The notes beneath the pieces were generated by a model. It ran no database searches. It was not told the DNA's origin and worked only from the letters and a program-made list of their open reading frames with translations. A DNA stretch of 62,515 nucleotides, the filler included, from an uncultured bacterium (GTDB taxonomy: Bacteria > DYJV01), in assembly GCA_964543655.1 (NCBI GenBank). It is 4 parts of 4 records of this genome, joined end to end, with 100 filler letters (N's around TTAATTAATTAA, not from the genome) between each part and the next. Parts side by side here need not be neighbours in the genome. Positions count along the whole stretch, not along the records: positions 43,275 to 51,280 come from CAZIZE010000014.1; positions 51,381 to 62,515 come from CAZIZE010000017.1; 2 more parts are not named here. One strand, given 5' to 3'. Below are positions 47,699-57,973 of the stretch, in pieces; the stretch's first letter is position 1, and each line of letters starts with the position of its first letter. Position numbers and translations under genes: made by a program.

Positions 47699-49469
47699 GC
47701 TTTTACCTGAAAAGCCTGGTGTCTATCTTTTCCAGGATAATGAAAAGATTTTATATATTGGGAAAGCTAAAAATTTAAAAAAAAGAGTTGTTTCATATTT
47801 TAAAAGCAGTCCAAATGATTTAAAAACCTCTTTTCTTATAAAAAAAATAAAAAAAGTAGAATGGATAGTTACAAATAATGAAATAGAAGCATTAATTTTA
47901 GAAAATAATTTAATAAAAAAACATAAGCCACCTTACAATATAAGGTTAATTGATGATAAAACATATCCTTATTTAAAAATAGACCTTTCTTCTGATTTCC
48001 CTACAATTAAATTTACAAGACAGAAATTGAAAGATAAATCTTTATACTTTGGGCCTTATACCTCTACAATTAATTTAAAAAATGTAATGAATTTTATTTA
48101 TAAAAATTTTCATTTAAGGAAATGTACTGAAAAAAAGTTTAAAAATAGAATAAGGCCATGTTTAAATTATCAGATAAAGATTTGTCCAGCGCCATGTTGC
48201 AATAAAATATCAAAAAAGGATTATAAAAAAAATGTGAAAAAGGCTATTTTATTTTTAAAAGGTAAAAATCAAAAGCTCATATCATATCTTGAAAAAGAAA
48301 TGAAACAGCTTAGCAATAACTTAGAATTTGAAAAAGCTGCTGCTGTTAGGGACATTATAAAAAGTCTTGAAAGTATTAATCAAACTCAATTGATGGAATT
48401 TGTGAATTTTTTTGATAAAGATATTTTTTATTCAGACTTGGATAAAAAATACTTATATTTTCAGGTGTTGCACAGTAAAAATGGAAAAATTTTGGACTCA
48501 GAGTTTTTTATGTTTAATAATGAGAGTCTTTATTCCAACAATATAATGGAAGAGTTTTTAACACAGTATTACTCTTTTGGGAAAAATGTGCCAGATAAAA
48601 TTGTGTTAAATAAAAGATTTGATTACAATTTACTGAAAAAATACTTTTTAAAAAAGTTTAATAGAAAGGTCAATATAAAATTTCCATCTGATAATTCTGA
48701 AGATTACAAATTATTGCTTTTAGCAAAAGAAAACATGCAGGAGAATATTAAGAAAAACCTTGCAAAAGATGATCTTTTCTATAATATGAAATTTAAACTT
48801 AATCTTAAAAATTTTCCAAATAGAATAGATGCTTTTGATATAGCAACTTTTCAGGGTAAATCTTCAGTTGGTTCAAGAGTGGTCTTTGAAAATGGTAATT
48901 TAGAGAAAAATTTGTATAGAAAATATATTATTAAAACAGTTGATGAAAATAGCTTAAATGATTTTGCAATGATGTATGAAGTTGTAAAAAGAAGTATTAG
49001 AGAATATAAAGAGAACAATATTTATCCAGATTTAATATTAATTGATGGTGGGAAAGGCCAATTAGGGGTTGGTGAAAAAGCATTAAAAGAAGAGGGATTA
49101 TTTGGGAAAATAGATATAATTGCACTTGCAAAGGATAAAGAAGATAAAATAGATAAAGTGTATCTCAGTAATAGGAAAAATTATCTTAACTTAAAAAATA
49201 GTAATGATATTACAAATTTTTTAATGAAAATTCGAGATGAAGTGCATAGGTTTTCTGTATCTTTTCATCGTGAGCGAGAAAGGAATAAAAATTTTGAATC
49301 ATTATTAAAAAAAATTCCAGGTGTTGGTGTGAAGAGGGCAAAGGCTTTATTAATGCACTTTAAGTCAGTTGAAAATATAAAAAAGGCAGATTTTGCTGAG
49401 CTTGAAAATCTGCCTTTTTTAAACAGTAAAGTTGCAAAAAATATAGTAGATTTTTTTAAACATCAATAA
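47685..49469 (+). CDS. uvrC: Excinuclease ABC subunit C
   Basis: GIY-YIG (PGVY...YIGKAKNL), UVR domain, DGGKGQL, RDEVHRF, HhH IPGVG. Confidence 0.95.
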   Translation: MREIELLPEKPGVYLFQDNEKILYIGKAKNLKKRVVSYFKSSPNDLKTSFLIKKIKKVEWIVTNNEIEALILENNLIKKHKPPYNIRLIDDKTYPYLKIDLSSDFPTIKFTRQKLKDKSLYFGPYTSTINLKNVMNFIYKNFHLRKCTEKKFKNRIRPCLNYQIKICPAPCCNKISKKDYKKNVKKAILFLKGKNQKLISYLEKEMKQLSNNLEFEKAAAVRDIIKSLESINQTQLMEFVNFFDKDIFYSDLDKKYLYFQVLHSKNGKILDSEFFMFNNESLYSNNIMEEFLTQYYSFGKNVPDKIVLNKRFDYNLLKKYFLKKFNRKVNIKFPSDNSEDYKLLLLAKENMQENIKKNLAKDDLFYNMKFKLNLKNFPNRIDAFDIATFQGKSSVGSRVVFENGNLEKNLYRKYIIKTVDENSLNDFAMMYEVVKRSIREYKENNIYPDLILIDGGKGQLGVGEKALKEEGLFGKIDIIALAKDKEDKIDKVYLSNRKNYLNLKNSNDITNFLMKIRDEVHRFSVSFHRERERNKNFESLLKKIPGVGVKRAKALLMHFKSVENIKKADFAELENLPFLNSKVAKNIVDFFKHQ

Positions 49470-50247
49470 AAAAACCTAATTTTTCAGAAATTTTTCTTGC
49501 TGCTTCTACAACAAGAGGCCCTAATTCTTTGCCAATTTTTTCAAATGGCATTCTGTTTAATGGTCCAGAAATGCTAATGGCACCAATAACTCTTTTGGTA
49601 TAATCTCTAATTGCAGCACCAACACATCTAACTCCTACATCAACTTCTTCATCATCAATAGCAAAACCTTTTTGATTAATAAGCTCCAATTCTTTGTAGA
49701 TCTCTGAGATATTGGTTTTAGTATTGGCAGTTAAAGGCTTTAAAGGTTCAGGTAGATATTTTTCAATATCTTCACCTATTTCTTTTAAAACTGCTAACTG
49801 TGCTTTACCTGAGGCGCAACAATAAGGTGGTAGTTGAGAGCCAATACGTGAAACAACTCTAACAGGTTGATTAGCTTCAACAACATCAATATAAACTACT
49901 TTTGTTCCTCTTAAAACAGATAAATAAACGTTTTCATTACACTTGGCAACCAATTCTTCCATTACTGGTCTTGCTTGACGTAATAACCCTGTTTGTTTTA
50001 AATAGTTTTGGCCAAGTTCAAGGCATTTTACACCAAGTCTGTAATTTTCATTAAGTTTATTTTGCTCAATGTAACCTTTGGCTTCAAGGGTCGCAAGTAA
50101 TCTGAAAACGTTATTTTTGTGCAATCCTAATCTTTTGCTAAGCTCAGTTACACCAAGCTCGTTAACATCGCCCTTAAACTGCTCAAGTAGTTCCAAAGAA
50201 TTCATCACAGCCTGGATAGTATACTCTGTTTTCTCTCTTTTAGGCAT
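49456..50247 (-). CDS. IclR-family transcriptional regulator
   Basis: GVTELSKRLGLHKNNVFRLLATL HTH; CASGKA, DDEE...GVRCVGA, AISISGP. Confidence 0.93.
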   Translation of the reverse strand: MPKREKTEYTIQAVMNSLELLEQFKGDVNELGVTELSKRLGLHKNNVFRLLATLEAKGYIEQNKLNENYRLGVKCLELGQNYLKQTGLLRQARPVMEELVAKCNENVYLSVLRGTKVVYIDVVEANQPVRVVSRIGSQLPPYCCASGKAQLAVLKEIGEDIEKYLPEPLKPLTANTKTNISEIYKELELINQKGFAIDDEEVDVGVRCVGAAIRDYTKRVIGAISISGPLNRMPFEKIGKELGPLVVEAARKISEKLGFFIDV

Positions 50248-50275
50248 AATTAACCCCCTGAATTATGTTGCAATA

Positions 50276-50304
50276 AATATAATACTATTTTAAAATTTTG
50301 TCAA
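50276..50304 (-). promoter_or_regulatory. Sigma70 promoter of the IclR gene
   Basis: Minus strand TTGACA-17 nt-TATATT, about 30 nt before the start codon. Confidence 0.6.
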
Positions 50305-50598
50305 CAGAAAATATTAAAAATAAAAGAAAAAAAGATTTTATATCATTTCTTTAAAGTTTTAAAAGTATAAAATAAAACAATGAAAAAATATAAAATGAAT
50401 TAGTAAAATATATTTTTAAAATTTTTTAATATTGGGAAAAAATCATTTAAATTAAAAATTTTAAGCATGAAAATTGTCAATAAACACAAATTATAAAAAA
50501 TAACTACTTACTAATCAGAAACAGGTAATCATCAACAACTAACTACTAAATCCTAATTTAAACTTGAATTTGTCCAAAATTTTTGATAAGTTATCAAT

Positions 50599-51280
50599 AT
50601 GAGAAAGCTTCCAATAGGTATTCAAACTTTTAGCAAAATAATAGAGGAAAATTGTTACTATGTTGATAAAACAGAGATTGCTTTAAGACTTATAGAGCGA
50701 AGTGGCTACTATTTCCTTTCCCGACCAAGAAGGTTTGGCAAATCTCTATTTCTTGATACATTATCAGAGATATTTCTTGGCAGTAGAGAGCTTTTTAAAG
50801 GGCTCTATATTTATGATAAATACGATTTTAAGCCTCATCCTGTTATTAGAATAAGTTTTGGTAGCGGTGATTTTGCGGATGTAGAAACAATTAATAGAAA
50901 AATATCATTTAACCTTGAGAATAATCAGGAAGACTTAGAAATAGAATGTGAGAAAAAATCAAATGATGATTGCTTTGTAGAATTAATAAAAAAGGCATAT
51001 AAAAAATACCAGTCTAAAGTAGTAATTTTAATAGATGAATATGATAAACCGATATTGGATAATATCACCAATCAAGAAATGGCAAAAAAAGCAAGGAGTA
51101 TATTGAGAAACTTTTATGGAGTAATAAAGGATAGCGACAGATACATAAGGTTTGTATTTATAACAGGGGTGAGCAAGTTTTCAAAATTAAATCTATTCAG
51201 TGGACTTAACAACCTTGAAGATATTACAATAGACCCAAATTATGCAGAGATATGTGGATATACTCATAGAGATTTAGAGG
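50599..51280 (+). CDS. AAA-ATPase-like protein (family usually fused to a PD-(D/E)XK nuclease), 3'-truncated
   Basis: KLPIGIQTF, YYVDKT, SRPRRFGKSL, LIDEYDKP, FITGVSKF, GLNNL. Confidence 0.88.
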
Positions 51281-51380
51281 NNNNNNNNNNNNNNNNNNNN
51301 NNNNNNNNNNNNNNNNNNNNNNNNTTAATTAATTAANNNNNNNNNNNNNNNNNNNNNNNNNNNNNNNNNNNNNNNNNNNN
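51281..51380. other. Artificial contig spacer
   Basis: N run with TTAATTAATTAA. Confidence 0.97.
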
Positions 51381-51382
51381 TA

Positions 51383-51544
51383 AATTCAGGCTCTTCTGAA
51401 AATTGTTCAAATTTTAATTTTTTTACTAATACACTATTTGTACCTTGTATAAAAGTGGGAGAGCAATTGTTTAATTTAGAACTCTATCTTTCTACTCCTG
51501 ATGGTAAATTAGACTTAAAAGGAGCAAACTACTATTCCAATTAA
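51383..51544 (+). CDS. 3' end of an unknown gene, truncated by the contig start
   Basis: Open frame NSGSSENCSNFNFFTNTLFVPCIKVGEQLFNLELYLSTPDGKLDLKGANYYSN, ending in TAA and immediately followed by a hairpin. Confidence 0.55.
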   Translation, partial: NSGSSENCSNFNFFTNTLFVPCIKVGEQLFNLELYLSTPDGKLDLKGANYYSN

Positions 51545-51549
51545 AGTAT

Positions 51550-51575
51550 AGTTGCACCTGTTCTCAGGTGCAACT
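51550..51575 (+). terminator. Hairpin after the partial gene
   Basis: AGTTGCACCTG-TTCT-CAGGTGCAACT, an 11-bp perfect stem. Confidence 0.7.
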
Positions 51576-51580
51576 TATAT

Positions 51581-51617
51581 AAGTTTACAGTTTAACGTTC
51601 ATAGTTCAATGTTGAAA
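51581..51617 (+). repeat. Heptamer-periodic dispersed repeat, copy B
   Basis: AAGTTTACAGTTTAACGTTCATAGTTCAATGTTGAAA; aligns with the reverse complement of 38183-38219. Confidence 0.55.
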
Positions 51618-51836
51618 AATACTTTAATAACAGTAAGTTAAAGATATTGCAAATGTCATTTCAAGTAGAAAACTGTATTAATATTGAGTGAAAGAATTAT
51701 TTTCACCATAAAAGTTCTTATTTTGAGGAATTTAGTTCAAAAAATCTTTTGGTTAAAAATAAGAGAATAAGGATAAATTTACTCAGTTGACAAAAAAGGT
51801 AAAATAGGTTATCAATCCCTTGAAAATCAAGTATTA

Positions 51837-51920
51837 GCCGAAGTGGCGGAACTGGTAGACGCGCAGGATTCAGGATCCTGTGGGAGTATTCCTGTAGGGG
51901 TTCAAGTCCCCTCTTCGGCA
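51837..51920 (+). tRNA. tRNA-Leu(CAG), CCA not encoded
   Basis: Acceptor stem GCCGAAG/CTTCGGC; anticodon arm CAGGA-TTCAGGA-TCCTG; long variable arm; GTTCAAG T-loop. Upstream TTGACA(51787)-17 nt-TATCAA. Confidence 0.95.
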
Positions 51921-52045
51921 CATCCTTTTTACTTTTTCAATAATATTTCTCATTCTTAATAAAATTTAGTTGATTTTTCCTTTCTTTTCCTCTATATAAT
52001 AACACTGTTTTAAACTATTAAAAATTTTATAGAGGGGGGAGAGCT

Positions 52046-53272
52046 ATGAAAAAGAAGATTTTGTTAATCCTTTTAGGTGCTTTGCTTACTATTGGTTTAA
52101 TCAATGTAAACATTTATGCATCTAAAAGACCAGTAAAAATAGGTTTTATCTACATTCTGTCAGGACCATTTGCTACATATGGCCAGTTTGCAAAAAAAGG
52201 TGCTCTAATGGCTATTGATGAAATCAATAAATCTGGTGGTATTCTCGGACACCCTGTTAAAGCTTATTTTGAAGATTCCACTGCAAAGCCAGCAGTTGCA
52301 TTAAGAGCTATTAGAAAGCTTGTATTACAGAAAAAGGTGGACATTTTAATAGGACTGGATTCAAGTGGTGTAGCAAAGTCAGTTGTTGGAACAATAGAGC
52401 AGCTAAAAACACCACTTATCATTACTCATGCTGCTACTCCTGATGTTACTGGAAAACAATGTAACAGATACACATTTAGAATATCTGTGAACTTGTCACA
52501 AAATGTTAAAGCAGCAGCCATTCTTGCATCTAAAATGAAGGCTAAAAAATGGACTACAATTGGACCAGCTTATGCTTTTGGTTTTCAATCCTGGGAATAT
52601 TTTCAAAAATATTTAAAACAATTGAAACCTGATGCTGAATTTTTCCCAAAAGATAAGGTTGCTTTTCCACCATTTAAAACAACAGATTTTAGCCCTTACA
52701 TTACAAAAGTTATGAATTCTCATCCTGATGGTGTTTTAATTTCTCTGTGGGGTGGAAATCTCGTTAATTTTATTAGACAAGCAAAAGATATGGGTTTTTT
52801 TAATGGAAAATATCAGGTGTTAATTACTCTTGGAGCTGCTATTGAAGTATTATCAGCATTGGGAGACAAAATGCCAGAAGGATTGTGGGTAGGTACAAGA
52901 TATTGGTTCTTGGCAAATAATTCTAAAGTTAATAAAAAATTTGTAAAAGATTATTATAAAAGATACCATAATTATCCTTCATATAATGCCCATGGAGCCT
53001 ACAGTGCAGTTTATGTTTATAAAAAAGCAGCAGAAAAGGTTAAGTCTCTTAACAAAGAAAAAATTGTTAAAGCACTTGAAGGTTTATCAATTGAATTACC
53101 TGTAGGAAAAATATATATTAGACCACAGGATCACCAGGCAGTTACAGATGCTACCTGGGGTAAAACAAAGTTTACTAAAAAATATCCTTTTGCAATACTT
53201 GACCCAATTAAAGTTTTTCCAGGAAAAGAAGTTACAAGACCAGTTACTCTTACAGGATGCAATTTGAAATAG
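52046..53272 (+). CDS. ABC transporter substrate-binding protein (LivJ/Peripla_BP_6 family)
   Basis: Signal peptide; VKIGFIYILSG, GALMAIDEINKSGG, RYTFRIS. Confidence 0.9.
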   Translation: MKKKILLILLGALLTIGLINVNIYASKRPVKIGFIYILSGPFATYGQFAKKGALMAIDEINKSGGILGHPVKAYFEDSTAKPAVALRAIRKLVLQKKVDILIGLDSSGVAKSVVGTIEQLKTPLIITHAATPDVTGKQCNRYTFRISVNLSQNVKAAAILASKMKAKKWTTIGPAYAFGFQSWEYFQKYLKQLKPDAEFFPKDKVAFPPFKTTDFSPYITKVMNSHPDGVLISLWGGNLVNFIRQAKDMGFFNGKYQVLITLGAAIEVLSALGDKMPEGLWVGTRYWFLANNSKVNKKFVKDYYKRYHNYPSYNAHGAYSAVYVYKKAAEKVKSLNKEKIVKALEGLSIELPVGKIYIRPQDHQAVTDATWGKTKFTKKYPFAILDPIKVFPGKEVTRPVTLTGCNLK

Positions 53273-53283
53273 GAAGGTAAACT

Positions 53284-54141
53284 TTGGAAACATTTGTTTT
53301 GAATTTGTTAAATGGATTGAGCTGGGGAATGTTACTTTTTTTAATCTCAGCAGGTTTATCAACTGTTTTTGGTGTCATGGGCATACTTAATTTTGCCCAT
53401 GGCTCATTTTATATGATTGGTGCATATCTATGTATGGAGATAATGCACATTGTGCCAAATTTCTGGTTGGGACTTATTTTTGCCCCAATTGGAGTTGCTA
53501 TTCTTGGAATAATTGTGGAAAAAACTCTTTTAAACAAAATTTATAACAGAGATGTTACTTTCCAGTTATTGCTGACATTTGCTATTTTGTTGATTTTAGA
53601 TGATGCTGTTAGGTTAATCTGGGGTGCTGGTTATCATATAGTTGATCCACCTAAAATATTATCTGGAGTTTTTCATGTTTTCTCAAATACTTATCCAGTT
53701 TACAGAGTTTTTATAATAGTTATGGGCCCAGTTGTTGGAATAGGGCTATGGGCTTTTTTCCACTATACAAAGTATGGTAAAATTTTTAGAGCTGCTGCTA
53801 TGGATAGAGAGATGGCAGAAGGTATTGGCTTAAATGTTCCTGCTATTTTTACTGCTGTGTTTGCTCTTGGTACCTATTTAGCAGGAGTAGGTGGTGCACT
53901 TGCGGCACCATTTCAGAGTGTTGCACCTTCTATGGGAGAGAAAATAATTATAGAAAGTTTTATTGTAGTTGTTGTTGGTGGTTTAGGGAGTTTTCCGGGA
54001 GCTTTTGTAGGTGCTCTTATGCTTGGACTACTTGAATCATTTGGAACAGAGCTTATTGGTGAAATTCAGATGGCTCTTCCATATATGTTGCTTGCGTTGA
54101 TTTTGCTGTTTAAACCAACTGGTTTATTTGGGGAAAAATGA
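53284..54141 (+). CDS. Branched-chain amino acid-type ABC permease (LivH-like)
   Basis: LNFAHGSFYMIG, VVVVGGLGS. Confidence 0.9.
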   Translation: METFVLNLLNGLSWGMLLFLISAGLSTVFGVMGILNFAHGSFYMIGAYLCMEIMHIVPNFWLGLIFAPIGVAILGIIVEKTLLNKIYNRDVTFQLLLTFAILLILDDAVRLIWGAGYHIVDPPKILSGVFHVFSNTYPVYRVFIIVMGPVVGIGLWAFFHYTKYGKIFRAAAMDREMAEGIGLNVPAIFTAVFALGTYLAGVGGALAAPFQSVAPSMGEKIIIESFIVVVVGGLGSFPGAFVGALMLGLLESFGTELIGEIQMALPYMLLALILLFKPTGLFGEK

Positions 54142-55091
54142 ATAAAAAGGTTCTATTTGGATTACTCATAATAATTTTGTTTTTAGTACCTTATATATTT
54201 TCTGAATACTGGTTGCTTATCTTAAGTGAGATACTTATTATGGGCTTATTTGCTATTAGCTTTAACCTGTTGTTTGGTTATTCTGGATTACTCTCATTTG
54301 GGCATGCAGGATTTTTCGGATTAGGTGCATATACAGCAGCTTTACTAATTCAGCATAATATTACTTCAATTGCTATAATTATTTTAGCAGGGATAATTAT
54401 TACAGCGATAATTTCATTAATCATAGGTTTTTTATCAGTTAAGCATGATGAAATATACTTTGCAATGATTACACTTGCATTTGGAATGATGCTATTTACC
54501 ATTGCTCACAACTGGACTTCTCTTACAGGTGGAAGTGATGGATTGCCATTGATGACAATGCCAGTAATAAAGATTGCAGGTAAAAAGTTTTCTTTTTTCA
54601 ACCCATCAGTGATATATTATTTTACCCTGATTATAACAACTATCTCAACTTTCATTTTATACAGAATTGTTAACTCCCATTTTGGGCTTATTCTAACTGG
54701 TATGAGGGAGAATAAGGAGAGGCTTATTTTCTCTGGTGCTAATATTAGAAATATTAGATTATTTGCCTTTGTTGTTTCAGCAATATTTTCAGGTATTGCT
54801 GGAATTATATTCTGTTTTTTTAGCAGCATGGCAACACCAGAGTCAATGCATTGGAGTTTTTCAGCAAAGCCAGTTATAATGTCTGTGTTAGGTGGAGCTG
54901 AAGTTTTTTTGGGACCATTATTTGGCTCTATTGTATTTTATGTTTTGGAGCAGATAATCAGGCAATTTACTGACAATTGGATGATATTTCTTGGCATTTT
55001 TTTAATCCCTATAGTCATTTTTTTCCCAAAAGGCATTGTGGGGACTTTTTTAAAAGTATTTAGTAAGGAAAAAGGAGGCAACCATGAGTAA
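54138..55091 (+). CDS. Branched-chain amino acid-type ABC permease (LivM-like)
   Basis: GYSGLLSFGHAGFFGLGAY, YFAMITLAF, TGGSDG. Confidence 0.9.
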   Translation: MNKKVLFGLLIIILFLVPYIFSEYWLLILSEILIMGLFAISFNLLFGYSGLLSFGHAGFFGLGAYTAALLIQHNITSIAIIILAGIIITAIISLIIGFLSVKHDEIYFAMITLAFGMMLFTIAHNWTSLTGGSDGLPLMTMPVIKIAGKKFSFFNPSVIYYFTLIITTISTFILYRIVNSHFGLILTGMRENKERLIFSGANIRNIRLFAFVVSAIFSGIAGIIFCFFSSMATPESMHWSFSAKPVIMSVLGGAEVFLGPLFGSIVFYVLEQIIRQFTDNWMIFLGIFLIPIVIFFPKGIVGTFLKVFSKEKGGNHE

Positions 55092-56115
55092 AAAAAATGT
55101 TAGTAGAAGAGAATTTATTAAAAAGACAGCAATTACAACAGGTGCTGCTGTTATTGGTTCTCAATTTGGATTTAATATTCTGTCAGCTAAGTCCAAAATA
55201 GAACTTACTTTTTCAACTATGTTTCCAACAAGTTATTTCTGGACCCCAATTGCACAAAAATGGTGTAAATACGTTGAAAAAGAGTCAAATGGTGAAGTTA
55301 AAATTAAGTTTTTTCACAGTGGACAACTTTTTAAAGCTAAAGCAGAACTTCCAGCATTACAGAGAGGTGAAATTGACATATCCATACCCAATGCAAATTA
55401 TCAATCTGGTACAATCCCGGGCTCTGATGTTGGTGCCTTACCATTTTTATTAAAAAATGAAGATGACGCATGGCACATTATACAAAAAGGTTTATGGGAT
55501 CAGGGTTTAAAACAGAAGTGGTTACAAAAAAATATAAATGTTCTTGCTGAAACTCCTGCTGGAATGTATCAATTTGGTAATATTAGACATGCTATAAAAT
55601 CTCCTGATGATGTAAAGGGATTAATCTGGGCTGTTTCAAGTAAAGCTCATGCTAAAGCAATTGAAGAGCTTGGTGGATCACCAACATTTATGTCTTCAAG
55701 TAGATTATACACAGCATTTCAAAGAAAAACTATAGATGGTTGTTTGAGACCATACCTTACATATTCAGGCAGGAAACTTTATGAAGTTGTTAAATATTTA
55801 ACTGTTGCTAATGTTGGAAATTATACTATACTTTTATGTTTTAACAATAGAAGGTTTAAATCTCTTCCTTCTGATATAAGAAAGCTATTTGCTACATCAG
55901 CAAATAAATGGGCAAAATGGTCTTTTGAAGGTGTTAAAGAAACAAAGAGAAAATCATTGAAACTTTTTAAAGAAAAAGGAATGATTATAAATGAGCTTGA
56001 TGAAAAAACTTTCAATGAATTTAAAAAACGTCTTGCTCCTGTGTATGAATGGTGGTTAAAGCAGGTACCAGATGGGAAGAAATACATTGATTTTATAGAG
56101 AAAAATCATATTTAA
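55084..56115 (+). CDS. Tat-exported TRAP solute-binding protein (DctP family)
   Basis: VSRREFIKK signal; ESNGEVKIKFFHSGQL, ALQRGEIDI, LYTAFQRKTIDG. Confidence 0.88.
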   Translation: MSKKNVSRREFIKKTAITTGAAVIGSQFGFNILSAKSKIELTFSTMFPTSYFWTPIAQKWCKYVEKESNGEVKIKFFHSGQLFKAKAELPALQRGEIDISIPNANYQSGTIPGSDVGALPFLLKNEDDAWHIIQKGLWDQGLKQKWLQKNINVLAETPAGMYQFGNIRHAIKSPDDVKGLIWAVSSKAHAKAIEELGGSPTFMSSSRLYTAFQRKTIDGCLRPYLTYSGRKLYEVVKYLTVANVGNYTILLCFNNRRFKSLPSDIRKLFATSANKWAKWSFEGVKETKRKSLKLFKEKGMIINELDEKTFNEFKKRLAPVYEWWLKQVPDGKKYIDFIEKNHI

Positions 56116-56147
56116 TTATAAAGCAGAGGTTTTCCTCTGCTTTATAA
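56116..56147 (+). other. Intergenic hairpin after dctP (mRNA stability or attenuation)
   Basis: TTATAAAGCAGAGG-TTTT-CCTCTGCTTTATAA, a perfect 14-bp stem. Confidence 0.75.
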
Positions 56148-56169
56148 AATTTATAGAAGTGGAAGTAAA

Positions 56170-56652
56170 ATGAAAGAGAAATTTATTAAATTTATTGATA
56201 AAATTAATGAAATAATGGGATTGATTACAGGTTTTGCAACCTTTCTACTTCTTTTAATGGTTTTATGGGGGGTTTTTGCAAGATATGTGTTACGTTCTCC
56301 GAGCCATATAGCACTTGAGATTAGTGGGTATTTTATGGTGCTACTTTCATTTTTAGGAGCAGGGTATATTCTGTTAAAGGAAAAGCATGTTAGTGTTCAG
56401 GTGCTTACTGTAAAAATTCCTGAAAAATATAAAAATATTCATCAATTAACAATTAATGTTATATTAGCATTATTTTCACTTTTGATTATTTATGAAGGAG
56501 TTTCTTTTGTTTACCTTGCTTATACCCAAGATTATCGATCCACAAGTTTGCTGAATTTTCCATTATGGGTTGTATTTTTGACAATTCCTTTTGGAACTTT
56601 TTTCTTCTTTTTACAAACAATTAGAAATATTATAAAATGTATAAAAAAATAG
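56170..56652 (+). CDS. TRAP small permease (DctQ)
   Basis: Four TM helices; VFARYVL...LEISGY...HVSVQ. Confidence 0.88.
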   Translation: MKEKFIKFIDKINEIMGLITGFATFLLLLMVLWGVFARYVLRSPSHIALEISGYFMVLLSFLGAGYILLKEKHVSVQVLTVKIPEKYKNIHQLTINVILALFSLLIIYEGVSFVYLAYTQDYRSTSLLNFPLWVVFLTIPFGTFFFFLQTIRNIIKCIKK

Positions 56653-56665
56653 TAGGAATGGTTTT

Positions 56666-57967
56666 ATGGATATTTTAATTGCTATTATTATTCTTGGATT
56701 TTTGCTTTTATTGCTCCTTTATGGAGTTCCTGTTTTTGCATCGCTTGGTATTAGCAGCGTCGTTGCTATACTTTTAACAAAAGGCTTTGAAGGACTTACT
56801 GTTATTCCTGAGATATATTATGAGAAAATGGATAATTTTGTATTGGTTGCTATACCTTTATTCATTCTTATGGGGGAAATACTTTTTCACACAGGTATAG
56901 GCACTGATCTTTACAAAATGGCAAGTAGATGGACCAATAGAATTCCTGGTGGCCTTGCTATGGGTACTGTAGTAGCAAGTACAGTTTTTGGAGCAATGTG
57001 TGGAGTTAGCGTTGCTGGTGCTGCTACTATTGGCGCATTTGCAGTTCCAGAAATGCTTAGAAGGGGTTATGATAAATCACTTGCTACTGGCTCTGTTGCT
57101 GCATCAGGAGCTCTTGCTTTGCTAATTCCTCCAAGCATTGGTTTTATTCTTTATGGTGCAGTTGCTGATGAATCAGTGGGAAGATTGTTTATTGCAGGTA
57201 TTTTACCAGGAATAATTCTTGCAATATGCATGATGATTTACATATTTGTAGTGGCAATTACCAATCCGGAAAAAGCACCTATACCAGATGAAAAAATAAC
57301 ATGGAAAATGAGGTTTGAATCTCTCTTCAGATGCTGGGCTGCACTGTTTTTAATTATACTTGTACTTGGAAGTATCTACTTTGGTATTGCAACCCCCACA
57401 GAATCAGCTGCTATTGGTGCTGCTGGTGCTTTTTTTCTTGCTATTTTTGTCTATAAAAGCCTTAACTGGAAAGTTTTTTTAGATATACTATTATCAACAA
57501 TGAAAACTACAGGAATGATACTCTTTATTTTTATAAATGCAATGCTTTTTGGATACATTTTAACAAGATTACAGGTTCCTCAGCAGCTTGCAAGCCTTGT
57601 TGCAGATGCTCATATGGCAAAATGGGCAGTTTTAACATCAATAATAATTCTTCTAATATTTTTAGGAATGTTTCTTGATGGTGCTTCTGTTATATTAATA
57701 GCCACACCTATTCTTTTACCAGTAATTGAAGTTATTGGTTACGATAAACTCTGGTTTGGTGTTATTTTGATGATAACCATTGAAATGGCTGTTATAACCC
57801 CGCCTGTTGGCTTAAATCTTTATGTAATTAAAAGCATTGCCCCTGATAATGTTGCATTAAAAGATATAATTTTAGGTGCTTTGCCATTTGTATTTGTTGA
57901 GATACTTGTAATAATATTTTTCATTCTGTTTCCAGAAATAGTTTTATGGCTTCCATTAAAAATGTAG
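56666..57967 (+). CDS. TRAP large permease (DctM)
   Basis: LVAIPLFILMG, LLIPPS, TPTES, ITPPVGLNL. Confidence 0.93.
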   Translation: MDILIAIIILGFLLLLLLYGVPVFASLGISSVVAILLTKGFEGLTVIPEIYYEKMDNFVLVAIPLFILMGEILFHTGIGTDLYKMASRWTNRIPGGLAMGTVVASTVFGAMCGVSVAGAATIGAFAVPEMLRRGYDKSLATGSVAASGALALLIPPSIGFILYGAVADESVGRLFIAGILPGIILAICMMIYIFVVAITNPEKAPIPDEKITWKMRFESLFRCWAALFLIILVLGSIYFGIATPTESAAIGAAGAFFLAIFVYKSLNWKVFLDILLSTMKTTGMILFIFINAMLFGYILTRLQVPQQLASLVADAHMAKWAVLTSIIILLIFLGMFLDGASVILIATPILLPVIEVIGYDKLWFGVILMITIEMAVITPPVGLNLYVIKSIAPDNVALKDIILGALPFVFVEILVIIFFILFPEIVLWLPLKM

Positions 57968-57973
57968 GGTAAA

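Noticed and set aside
51837-51920. tRNA-Sec candidate (long variable arm, TCA in the anticodon loop)
   Set aside because: The 7-nt loop TTCAGGA centres on CAG, the acceptor stem is 7 bp and the discriminator is A, so it is tRNA-Leu(CAG), not selC.
51718-51921. 67-aa minus-strand ORF (MPKRGLEPL...)
   Set aside because: Typical antisense shadow of tRNA-Leu.
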